Assembly (NCBI GenBank): GCA_964478885.1
Contig: CAYZKT010000003.1
Span: 1-44,889, forward strand
Direction: 5' to 3'
Origin: an uncultured Syntrophaceae bacterium
GTDB lineage: Bacteria; Desulfobacterota; Syntrophia; Syntrophales; UBA2192
Length of the DNA stretch: 44,889 nt
Within the stretch, counting starts at the first letter, position 1; every line of letters begins with the position of its first letter. The notes under the pieces were generated by a model that saw only the letters and a program-made list of their open reading frames with translations, was not told where the DNA came from and ran no database searches. A program made the position numbers and the translations under genes. Positions 8,025 to 15,997 of this stretch are shown one piece after another.

Positions 8025-9906
8025 AGGGGATGATCTTGCCTTTTTTCCCGTCGGGGATCAGCTGGCACTCGGCGAGTTTCCGATAGGTGTCGTTCGTTCG
8101 CAGAAGCTCCGCGTGCGTGCCCTCGGCGACGAGGCGGTTTTCGTTCAACACCAGGATGCGGTCGCAGTCGGCAAACGTCGACAACCGGTGAGCGACGACA
8201 AAGAGCGTCTTGCCGCGGGTCTCGCGGGGGAGCGCCCGGAAGATCGACTTCTCCGTCAGGCCGTCGAGGGCCGCCGAGGGCTCGTCGAGGATGAGGATGT
8301 CAGGGTCCTTCACAAGCGCCCTGGCTATGGCAAGCCGCTGCTTCTGCCCTTCGGATAGATTCACGCCCATCTCGCCCACCTCGCTTCCGTATCCACCGGG
8401 AAGGGTCATGATGAAATCGTGGATGCCTGCAACGCTCGCGGCGCGGATGACCTCTGTCTCAGCGGCGCCGGGGTTGCCATAAAGAAGGTTTTCCAGGACC
8501 GTCCCGGAAAGGAGAATGGGGGCTTGCGCAACGTAGCCGATCCGTTTCCGCAGCGACCGGACGTCGTACTCCGATGCGGGCTTGCCGTCGTAGAAAATCT
8601 GGCCTCCCGTCGGATTGTAGAACCGCAGCAGGAGGCTCAGGAGCGTCGTCTTGCCCACGCCGCTCGGCCCCACGACGGCGATGTGTTCGCCCGGGCTGAC
8701 GCGGAAGGATACCTCGCTGAGCACGGGGTTTTTCGGGTCGTATTCGAAGGAGACGTTTTTGAACTCGACACCTCCTTCGAGCGCTTCGACCCTTTCACCC
8801 TTCTCCTCATGTTCTTCCGGCATCACATCCAGCAGGGCCGTGAGGCGTTCGAGCGATGCCCGGATATTCTGCATCTGCAGCCCCGTCGAGGTGAGTGACT
8901 GGGCCGGGCCGAAGACGCGGCCCAGGTAGGCCTGGAAGGCAAAGAGGGACCCCAGGCTCCAATGCCCCGTGATGACCCAGTAGGCGCCGATTGCGAAAAC
9001 GCAGAAGTTGACGAGGCTCGGCGTCGACGAAAGGGCAAGCCCCGTCACGGCGCCCACGACGGAGCGCTCCGCCGAGACCCGGAAGACCTGCCGCATGCCG
9101 TTCAGGATGCCCGCGACGGACTTCTTCTCGGCGGCGAAGGCCTTGACCAGCGGCATGGCGCTGAGTGTTTCCTGGAAGCCGCTCCTGTAGCGGGCATTCT
9201 CCTCGTTGCCCGCATGGTTCAGGGCATGCATCCGGTCGGAAAAAAACCGCAGGACAATCAGAAAAACCGGCACGGCGACGAGGGCCGCCAGCGCAAGCCT
9301 CCACTCGAGCCAGAACAGGAGGCAAAGCCCGCCGATGAAATACAGGATGTTCGTCAGGATGCCGACGAGGTTTCCCGACAGAAACCAGGTCACGCCTCCG
9401 ATGTCGCCTGTGATGCGCGCCATGAGATAGCCCGTCTGGTTCCGGTCGAAGAAGGACTTGGGAAGGCTGAAGGAGTGCTCCAGAACCGTCCTCTGGATGT
9501 CGAGGGTGACGTCCTGGCTGTAGCGCAGGAAGAACCAGCTCTGGAAAAGACCCATCCCGCGCGAGAAGAGGGCAAGGCCCACCATGACAAGGAGCACCCA
9601 GGGAAGAAGCGAAAGCTGTTTGCCCAGGATGACGTCATCGATGACAAACCGTGAGACAAGCGGCATGGGGAAGGCCATCAGGGCGTTAAGAAAGATAAAG
9701 CCTGCGCCCAGGGCCCCCTTCTTCCAGTGCCGCCGGAAAAACGGCAGGTGCCGGCGCAGGTTCGCTCCGATCCCGGCATAGGACTTCCCCCCCGCAATCC
9801 GGTCCTCCGGCGCCTTCCGCGCAAGCCCGCTTTTTAGATATTCAATCCAGGATTTCATGGCCAGAAAAAGGGGACCGTCCCCATGGATCCAAGATGCCAG
9901 TTTCAT
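7993..9906 (-). CDS. ABC exporter, fused permease/ATP-binding protein (MsbA-like type I exporter)
   Basis: 637 aa with an N-terminal 6-TM domain. It has Walker A GPSGVGKTT, signature LSEGQKQR and Walker B ILILDEP. No C39 peptidase domain is evident. An alternative start is M17 at 9858. Confidence 0.85.
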   Translation of the reverse strand: MKLASWIHGDGPLFLAMKSWIEYLKSGLARKAPEDRIAGGKSYAGIGANLRRHLPFFRRHWKKGALGAGFIFLNALMAFPMPLVSRFVIDDVILGKQLSLLPWVLLVMVGLALFSRGMGLFQSWFFLRYSQDVTLDIQRTVLEHSFSLPKSFFDRNQTGYLMARITGDIGGVTWFLSGNLVGILTNILYFIGGLCLLFWLEWRLALAALVAVPVFLIVLRFFSDRMHALNHAGNEENARYRSGFQETLSAMPLVKAFAAEKKSVAGILNGMRQVFRVSAERSVVGAVTGLALSSTPSLVNFCVFAIGAYWVITGHWSLGSLFAFQAYLGRVFGPAQSLTSTGLQMQNIRASLERLTALLDVMPEEHEEKGERVEALEGGVEFKNVSFEYDPKNPVLSEVSFRVSPGEHIAVVGPSGVGKTTLLSLLLRFYNPTGGQIFYDGKPASEYDVRSLRKRIGYVAQAPILLSGTVLENLLYGNPGAAETEVIRAASVAGIHDFIMTLPGGYGSEVGEMGVNLSEGQKQRLAIARALVKDPDILILDEPSAALDGLTEKSIFRALPRETRGKTLFVVAHRLSTFADCDRILVLNENRLVAEGTHAELLRTNDTYRKLAECQLIPDGKKGKIIPYESVRRHTRS

Positions 9907-9950
9907 GCCCGATGCGAAAGGGGCCTGTCCCCTTTTTCATCATCATGTCA

Positions 9951-10538
9951 TCAAGGCAGGGTTCGCTCATCCACGAAGATCCGAAAGGGCCGCCGGATCG
10001 TCCAGAAGCTGAAGCCTGAGGGGCGCCGCCCGATTATGCGCCTTCCCAGGACAAGCTGCATCTCCCTTGCCCCGTCGCGCTCGAAGGCGATGACTCTCGG
10101 ACGCAGGGGGGGAGGAAGAAGCGCCCGGAAAATCCCGCAACGGGCAAGGCCCCGGTAGCAGGGGGTCAGGATGTAGGACGCCAGATGATCCGCCCTTCGG
10201 GCGGCGCGGATGCAGGCGGCAAGCTGGCGCCCCGCGAGGCCGCCTGCAACGGGCATCAGCTTCCCCCTGCGCTCTACCTCCACGGCGCGGCCGACGAGAT
10301 CCGCCTGCCAGACGATCCAGCTATCCGCGTGCGGGTTCGCGTCCCCCCTCGTCCGGATCCCGTCAGGCCCGGCGGAGATGACACGGTGTACGACGCGCTC
10401 CGTCTGCCACGAAAGGACGAAGATGATCACATCCCCCGGCCTTACTTCTTCGGCACGGCAGGGGATGAAGCGGATCCGGTCCCCCGGCCGGAAAAGGGGC
10501 CGCATGCTGTCGCCGCGGCAGAAGAGTTCACCTTCCAT
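9951..10538 (-). CDS. S24/S26-type serine peptidase-like protein (candidate leader peptidase)
   Basis: 195 aa. The N-terminus MEGELFCRGDSMRPLFRPGDRI carries the GDSM.P nucleophile motif of LexA/signal-peptidase-fold enzymes, followed by VVHRVI. The C-terminal ~90 aa have no family I recognise. The start overlaps the upstream gene by 11 nt. Confidence 0.55.
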   Translation of the reverse strand: MEGELFCRGDSMRPLFRPGDRIRFIPCRAEEVRPGDVIIFVLSWQTERVVHRVISAGPDGIRTRGDANPHADSWIVWQADLVGRAVEVERRGKLMPVAGGLAGRQLAACIRAARRADHLASYILTPCYRGLARCGIFRALLPPPLRPRVIAFERDGAREMQLVLGRRIIGRRPSGFSFWTIRRPFRIFVDERTLP

Positions 10539-11460
10539 GCGCCGTCAACTCCCGTCGACCTCGGATTAGGCCTCTATCCGCTTTTTCCAGAGCAACCTCG
10601 ATCGTCTCCCAGAAGCGCCCCGTGAGGCTCAGACGGAGGATATGGGACGGAACGGAGGCTGCCAATCCGGCGGCATTGGCGAAGATCTCGCCCTTCAGGG
10701 GTAAGGTTTCGAAAGCACGGGACGTCGTCCGCACCGAGTTGAAGATCGTCTCGGCCGCATGGGCGAGGATGACCGTCGCCGCGGCACGGCCCGCAGGCAC
10801 CGCTTCGTCAACGCCGGCCTGGGCAAGGAAAAAGACCGCAGACAGATCGACGCCGCGGTTGATATCCCACGCGTCGCCATCGGATCCGACGCCAACGCGG
10901 CTCCACGTCGGCAGGGGATGTACAGCGAATCCCCCTTCCCGCTTTCGCACGGCCAGTGCGAGATCATCGCCGAGGACCGTCCATTTCCGCGGCAGCCGCA
11001 GGCAGGCCGTGGACTTCCCGACGCCGCTTCTGCCGACGAGCAGCACCCCCCGGCCGTCACGCTCCACGAGTGCGGCGTGGAGCGGAAGACCGCCCCGGCG
11101 CACCGTCGATTCGTACAGGGGCATCAGGGCATGCCTCATCTGCTCCCTGACCCGGCTGGAATTATCGGTCCGGTGAAGCCTGCAGACACTCTCGCGAAGC
11201 GTTTCATGGCGCCAGACTTCGAGATGTGGGAATATACCGACTCGCCAACCGCCCCCGAAGCAGCCGCGCGGCGGCAGCGCACGGCCGCCGTTCCCCGCAG
11301 CCCCACCATGCGGAAATGTCTCGAAGCGGATCATGCAGTCCGGATCGGCCTGCGACGGTGCGAGCGAGAGCAACCGTGCAAACCCGTCGGCCCACTCCAG
11401 GGCCTCTTTGGCGGGGCGTATACCCCAGGATTGACCGTCGGAAAGGCTAAACGAGTACAT
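10528..11460 (-). CDS. HPr-kinase-like P-loop protein, paralogue 1 (ScmC / HprK-related type)
   Basis: It has LLVGRSGVGKSTACLRLPRKWTVLGDDLA, matching the HprK C-terminal P-loop plus DD motif. The start is taken at MYSFSLSDG (ATG 11458-11460), which overlaps the peptide stop as TGATG and gives 310 aa. The track ORF extends to 11478. Confidence 0.7.
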   Translation of the reverse strand: MYSFSLSDGQSWGIRPAKEALEWADGFARLLSLAPSQADPDCMIRFETFPHGGAAGNGGRALPPRGCFGGGWRVGIFPHLEVWRHETLRESVCRLHRTDNSSRVREQMRHALMPLYESTVRRGGLPLHAALVERDGRGVLLVGRSGVGKSTACLRLPRKWTVLGDDLALAVRKREGGFAVHPLPTWSRVGVGSDGDAWDINRGVDLSAVFFLAQAGVDEAVPAGRAAATVILAHAAETIFNSVRTTSRAFETLPLKGEIFANAAGLAASVPSHILRLSLTGRFWETIEVALEKADRGLIRGRRELTAHGR

Positions 11461-11870
11461 CACGCCCCCGCGTTGCAATTTTCCAGATCACCGTAGCCGT
11501 AGACATTCGATCCCCCGTCACAGCAATAATTCCCCGCCCACTCCCCGCTCCAGCACATTCCCGACGTGATGTTTCCATCGCTGCACTGCTCGTAGGCCTG
11601 ACCGCCGGGAACGCAATTGCACCCGCCAACCCATGGGACACCTCCCGTGGACGAGTAATCGGCCCCGGTTTCGCAGCAGGAGTCGCAGCCGCAGGCGGAG
11701 AGTCCGGATCCGCACCATTCCGCCCCGGTGCCCGTCCCGCAACGCGTGGTTTCCTTGCAGCTTCCCAACGCCTGATACGTTCCGTTTCTGCACGAGATGA
11801 ACTCCCCGCACACCTGGGGTCCCTTCATGTCGACGAGAAGAGGGGGTTCGTAGCGAAATCTTGTTTTCAT
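11460..11870 (-). CDS. Cys/Gly-rich precursor-like peptide 1 (136 aa, 16 Cys)
   Basis: MKTRFRYEPPLLVDMKG... leader is shared with the two paralogues. The ATG forms an ATGA overlap with the stop of the upstream kinase-like gene (11867-11870). It fills the gap between same-strand genes. Confidence 0.7.
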   Translation of the reverse strand: MKTRFRYEPPLLVDMKGPQVCGEFISCRNGTYQALGSCKETTRCGTGTGAEWCGSGLSACGCDSCCETGADYSSTGGVPWVGGCNCVPGGQAYEQCSDGNITSGMCWSGEWAGNYCCDGGSNVYGYGDLENCNAGA

Positions 11871-12799
11871 TGAAATCCTGTTCTTCTCTTATCAAGGAGC
11901 CAGTCCCCTTCTTCCAGCGCTTCCTCGATCCTCTCCCAGAACAGGCCCGTGAGACTCAGGCGAAGGCGGTACGCGGGGATCGCCAAGGCTGCCGCCGCCG
12001 CGTTGTGGTAGAGGGCCTTTTTCACGCTTGCATCTTCCCCGTTCGGGAACCCGAAATCGATCGACCGGAACACCTCGAGCGCCGACCCGGCCATGGAAAT
12101 TGCCGCAGCGCTCTTTTTCAGATGCCGGCATTCGTCCCCGGGCGATTGCGCCAGGAAAAACACGGCGACAAGGGGAACCGACGCCTCCGACCGGCACCTT
12201 CCCGACTCGAAGCCTTTCCGAATGGTACTCCACGTCGGGAGCGGATGGGCCCGGTAGTTTCCATACCCGTCGCGCACCACCAGGCAGAGATCGTCACCCA
12301 GCACCCGCCAGGAATGCGGAAGCCTGCGACAGGCGGTGGATTTTCCCTCGCCGCTCCGGCCCGCCAGGATCACGCCCGATCCGCCGATCTCGATCAGGGC
12401 CCCGTGAAGGGGCAAACCCCCGCGCCTCAGGGTCTCCAGATAAACGGGCATCAGCGCGCGGCGCATCTGGCGGCTGCGTCCAGGCTCGTCCACATCGGGA
12501 ATCACTTTGCAGAGGACCTCCCGGATCTCCGGGTGCTCGAAGAGCGCCTGGTCCGGGTACTCGCGTATTCTCCAGTCCCCGGCTGTCGGGGCCTTTGCGT
12601 AACGGCACAGTACAGGCTCGAAGAACTCGCCGGGCTTGCGTGACATGAGCTCGACATGGACATGCCGACTTGCCCGGCCTTGGCCCGGCAGCAGGCCCAT
12701 GGCCGACGCAAATTCCGCCAGCCAGCCTTCGGTTGGCCCATCAGCCTCGAAGGCCCAGACGGCATCATGAGTGAAAGGCATATGAAACCTCAAAGGCAT
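11867..12799 (-). CDS. HPr-kinase-like P-loop protein, paralogue 2
   Basis: It has ILAGRSGEGKSTACRRLPHSWRVLGDDLC. The track ORF runs to a GTG at 12922, but the first 41 codons are rich in A/T-ending codons, unlike the rest. The ATG at 12799 (MPLRFHMPF...) gives 310 aa, the same length as paralogue 1. Confidence 0.65.
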   Translation of the reverse strand: MPLRFHMPFTHDAVWAFEADGPTEGWLAEFASAMGLLPGQGRASRHVHVELMSRKPGEFFEPVLCRYAKAPTAGDWRIREYPDQALFEHPEIREVLCKVIPDVDEPGRSRQMRRALMPVYLETLRRGGLPLHGALIEIGGSGVILAGRSGEGKSTACRRLPHSWRVLGDDLCLVVRDGYGNYRAHPLPTWSTIRKGFESGRCRSEASVPLVAVFFLAQSPGDECRHLKKSAAAISMAGSALEVFRSIDFGFPNGEDASVKKALYHNAAAAALAIPAYRLRLSLTGLFWERIEEALEEGDWLLDKRRTGFQ

Positions 12800-12912
12800 G
12801 ATTTTTTCATCCCCCGACACGGCCTTTGCGACCTTCTCCCCAAAGCGGCCTCCCGGTCTGTGTCCACTGTAAGAAGGAAAAGGCATCCGGCCGGCAATAC
12901 TGACAGCGAATA

Positions 12913-13263
12913 TCAAAAACACTGAGTTCCTCCGGTTTCACACAGATACGAGGCGCGAGTGCCGGCCTCGCAACGGTATCCGGCCGAAGACCCGCCACTG
13001 CACCAGCACATGACCTGGATGCCTCCCTCGACGACGTCGCCGCTGTAGCAACAGGAGTAGGTGCACCCCGAGGGGTGGCAGGCGTTGGTGCCGTTCGTGC
13101 AGCCGTTTGCCTCGGTGCCATTTCCACAGGCGGCACTGACAACGCAGCTTCCCTCCGTGCAGTTCTCCACGTTGTATCCACCGTTGCACGAGGTATACCC
13201 AAGGGCGGAATGGTCGCGCATGTCGACCAGGACCGGTTTTTCATATCGCACATGCTTGTTCAT
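12913..13263 (-). CDS. Cys/Gly-rich precursor-like peptide 2 (116 aa, 14 Cys)
   Basis: MNKHVRYEKPVLVDMRDHSALGYTSC... has the shared leader and the shared SCC / CxC pattern. AGGA lies about 9 nt upstream of the ATG. Confidence 0.7.
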   Translation of the reverse strand: MNKHVRYEKPVLVDMRDHSALGYTSCNGGYNVENCTEGSCVVSAACGNGTEANGCTNGTNACHPSGCTYSCCYSGDVVEGGIQVMCWCSGGSSAGYRCEAGTRASYLCETGGTQCF

Positions 13264-13376
13264 TTCGATGATCCTGCCGTGTGGGTTCTCTAGTTCTTTG
13301 CCACCCTTTCAGCACACGGGTCCAGCCATGAGGGGCTACAGATTCCGGATCAGCAAGCACAACCTGGCAACGCCGT

Positions 13377-14321
13377 TTAAACCCATCCGCATGCTCTCTC
13401 CTCGTGCCGTCTCCCTTCATGCCGGCCGGGAAACCCATCGCCGCCCAATACCGCCTCGATCTTTTCCCAGAACCGGCCCGTGAGGCTCACGCGGAGCAGG
13501 TAGGCAGGCACGGCCAGCGAGAAGTCGGCGGCATTCTCGAAGACCTGCGTCCCGATATCCGGTTCCTTTCCCACCAGCTTGAACGGCCCCACGGACCAGA
13601 AGACCTCCATGGCCGAGCGGCGGCAGGCCACGGCGGCTTCGCCCTTACCCACCGGCACCGCCACATCTTCGTTTGACTGCTCGAGGAAGAAGATCGCCTC
13701 CAAGGGCACCGCTCGAATGACGTCCCACGAACCCTGCTGTCCGGCGCGAAGGGCGCTCCAGGTCGGAAAAGCGTGCGCACAGTACTTCCCTGTTGCATCG
13801 CGGACCACGAGGGCCAGATCATCGGCAAGGCCCCTCCACGGGGACTGGAGACGCCTGACGCATGTCGACTTGCCGATGCCGCCGCGGCCGGCCAGGAGAA
13901 TCCCTCTGCCGTCTCGCTCCACGAATGCGGCGTGGACGGGAAAGCCGCCCTTCCCGAGGATCTTCAGGTAAAGGGGCAGAAGAGCATGGCGCATGTCTTC
14001 GATTTCTTTCCCTTCGCTTCCCTTCGGTGGCAGTAGGCACACGATGTCCAGCCCTGCCGGTTCGTTTTCGATCACGGCGCCCGGAATCCGGCGGAAATCC
14101 CACAGCGGCCCTTCCCGGGTCGGGATACCCGACACCCCGGGAGTCCTCTTCATGCGGGCCGAGCGATGGAACGTGACGGTCTCTGCGGGGCAGTTGCAGG
14201 AAATGGGAGGAAGGCCCAGGATGAATGCATACTGAGAAAGCCATTCTTCCGTCCCAGTCGTCGATCGCAGAAACCATCGTGTACCGTCGACAAGTCGAAG
14301 TTCGTACATCCCTTTATCCAT
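13377..14321 (-). CDS. HPr-kinase-like P-loop protein, paralogue 3
   Basis: It has LLAGRGGIGKSTCVRRLQSPWRGLADDLA. The C-terminal motif RVSLTGRFWEKIEAVL is shared with paralogues 1 and 2. An alternative start at M5 (14309, MYELRLVDG) would also give 310 aa. Confidence 0.7.
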   Translation of the reverse strand: MDKGMYELRLVDGTRWFLRSTTGTEEWLSQYAFILGLPPISCNCPAETVTFHRSARMKRTPGVSGIPTREGPLWDFRRIPGAVIENEPAGLDIVCLLPPKGSEGKEIEDMRHALLPLYLKILGKGGFPVHAAFVERDGRGILLAGRGGIGKSTCVRRLQSPWRGLADDLALVVRDATGKYCAHAFPTWSALRAGQQGSWDVIRAVPLEAIFFLEQSNEDVAVPVGKGEAAVACRRSAMEVFWSVGPFKLVGKEPDIGTQVFENAADFSLAVPAYLLRVSLTGRFWEKIEAVLGGDGFPGRHEGRRHEERACGWV

Positions 14322-14351
14322 TCAAATCCATCGAAGTGCCACATGCGCACG

Positions 14352-14741
14352 TCACGCACAAGCGCCGTTGCAGTCCTCCAGGGCCATCGATCCATCGATG
14401 CAGACAGCCGACACCCGGCCGCCCGTGTAGCAGATATACGCTGCATTCGCCCCCGAAATGCACTGGCAACCAGACACGGTACCCCTCCCGCTCCCGTAAA
14501 ACCCCACCATCTGTCCATCCGCGCAGCACGTGTAGCAGTTTGAACTGGTTGAGCAGGCCCCGATTCCGTTTTCACAACCCCCCGTATATTGGCCATCCTG
14601 GCAGAAGCTGGTCGGAATGCAGGAACCGAGGGAGCACTCGAAATTGCACGAGCCGCCGTCGCAGGTACCCGAGTAGCCCAAGGCGCTGCCCGTGTTCATG
14701 TCGAAGAGAAGCGGGGGTTCGTACCTGAATCGTCCGGTCAT
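14352..14741 (-). CDS. Cys/Gly-rich precursor-like peptide 3 (129 aa, 16 Cys)
   Basis: MTGRFRYEPPLLFDMNTGSALGYSGTC... is the first of the three peptide genes and lies 59 nt downstream of the second rSAM/SPASM gene. Confidence 0.7.
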   Translation of the reverse strand: MTGRFRYEPPLLFDMNTGSALGYSGTCDGGSCNFECSLGSCIPTSFCQDGQYTGGCENGIGACSTSSNCYTCCADGQMVGFYGSGRGTVSGCQCISGANAAYICYTGGRVSAVCIDGSMALEDCNGACA

Positions 14742-14800
14742 GTCCTGTCATCCTACTCGGTCTGCCGTGAACGCACCTGTTATGCCGTTTTCGATCTTTC

Positions 14801-15997
14801 TCATCCTCGCGCCGCAGAGGCCCCAACCGGAGGTGCCTGATCAGCTTGCTGGCGGGCACCCTGCAGCCTCGTCCCCGGGAAGAGCCCCTCACGCCTGGCC
14901 TCCTCGCAGAACCAATAGGGCGCCCAGAGGCTGCGGCTGCGGTAGTAGTTCTGGGCAACGCAGCTCCCCAAACAGATCCCTTTCATGAGGCAGTCCCCGC
15001 AGATCCCTTCCAGCTTCCCGGGCATCCCTTCACGGATTTCACGCAGGACGGGGTTGTCTTTCCACACCCCGGAAAGGTCATCCTTCGCTGCATGGCCGAA
15101 GACCAGCTCGGGGACAGACTCGCCGATCCCGCAGAGGGCGTAGGACCCGTCGGCCAGGACACCCAGGATGCCGATAATTCCGCAGACGCCGCAGCCCGAC
15201 CCATCGCGGCCGTACATTCGGCCCAGAGACCGGAAGGCGGCGGGGTGGGAATAGAAGAGTCGAAGCTTCGTCGCACGGGAAAGTCTGCCCTCGACGTCCT
15301 CGCCCAGCTCAACCAGTTCCCTGACGGAAAGTGTCTCGCCGGCCTGGTGCATCTTCACGCCCCGCGCCGTGGGCTGGACGATGTTGAACTTGACCGACGA
15401 GGCACCCTCGCTTTCGGCAAGGCGCACGAGCGCCTCGATCTGGCCCACGTTCCGGCGCATCAGGGTCATGATCACCTGGGGCCGTATGCCCGCCGCGACG
15501 AGGTTCCGGATCCCCTGCAACGCGGCCTCGAAGCAGCCGTGGACGCCCCGGACCCACTCGTGCGTCTCTGCGTCGGCCCCGTCGAGGCTCACGGAAATGT
15601 GATAGATCCCGGAGCGGGCGAGGTCCCTTGCCAGTTCAGGCGTGCAGAGAACCCCGTTGGTCTCCGTGCTGAACCGGATCTTTTCGTCCCGGAGGATCGC
15701 GAGGATGTCCCCGATACGGGGATGCATGAGCGGCTCGCCGCCCGTGAGCTTCACGGACGAGAGGCCGAGAGGTCCTGCCTGTTGCAGGATGCGCCGAAAC
15801 AGGTCCGGATCGATGGCCCGGTACTGTCGCTTTGCCGTCTGGTGGGGCGGCTCGATCCAGCAGTGCCGGCACCGCAGGTTGCATCCCTCGGTAAGATAGA
15901 AATAGAGCGTACTGAGAGGTGGAACAGCACCGCCTGCAGCCTTGGCCGAAGCGTCGCCCTTGAAGACGGACCATGTCTTTCCGGAACTGACCATCAT
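14801..15997 (-). CDS. radical SAM/SPASM domain protein (PqqE-like peptide maturase)
   Basis: 398 aa. It has the CNLRCRHC CxxxCxxC cluster, GGEPLMH, and a C-terminal Cys-rich SPASM region (CGVCG...LCG...CGDCLMKGICLGSC). The start forms an ATGA overlap with the upstream gene. Confidence 0.85.
   Translation of the reverse strand: MMVSSGKTWSVFKGDASAKAAGGAVPPLSTLYFYLTEGCNLRCRHCWIEPPHQTAKRQYRAIDPDLFRRILQQAGPLGLSSVKLTGGEPLMHPRIGDILAILRDEKIRFSTETNGVLCTPELARDLARSGIYHISVSLDGADAETHEWVRGVHGCFEAALQGIRNLVAAGIRPQVIMTLMRRNVGQIEALVRLAESEGASSVKFNIVQPTARGVKMHQAGETLSVRELVELGEDVEGRLSRATKLRLFYSHPAAFRSLGRMYGRDGSGCGVCGIIGILGVLADGSYALCGIGESVPELVFGHAAKDDLSGVWKDNPVLREIREGMPGKLEGICGDCLMKGICLGSCVAQNYYRSRSLWAPYWFCEEARREGLFPGTRLQGARQQADQAPPVGASAARG

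Noticed and set aside
11867-12922. Full-length GTG-initiated version of kinase-like paralogue 2, overlapping the peptide 2 stop
   Set aside because: The first 41 codons are dominated by A/T-ending codons, unlike the rest of the operon, and have no counterpart in paralogues 1 and 3. The ATG at 12799 gives the same 310-aa length as paralogue 1. The longer form cannot be strictly excluded.
11460-14741. Classifying the Cys-rich peptides as lanthipeptides, thiopeptides or lasso peptides
   Set aside because: The window has no LanB/LanC/LanM-like dehydratase or cyclase, no YcaO, and no lasso cyclase (asparagine-synthetase-like) or transglutaminase-like protease. The only maturases present are SPASM radical SAM enzymes.
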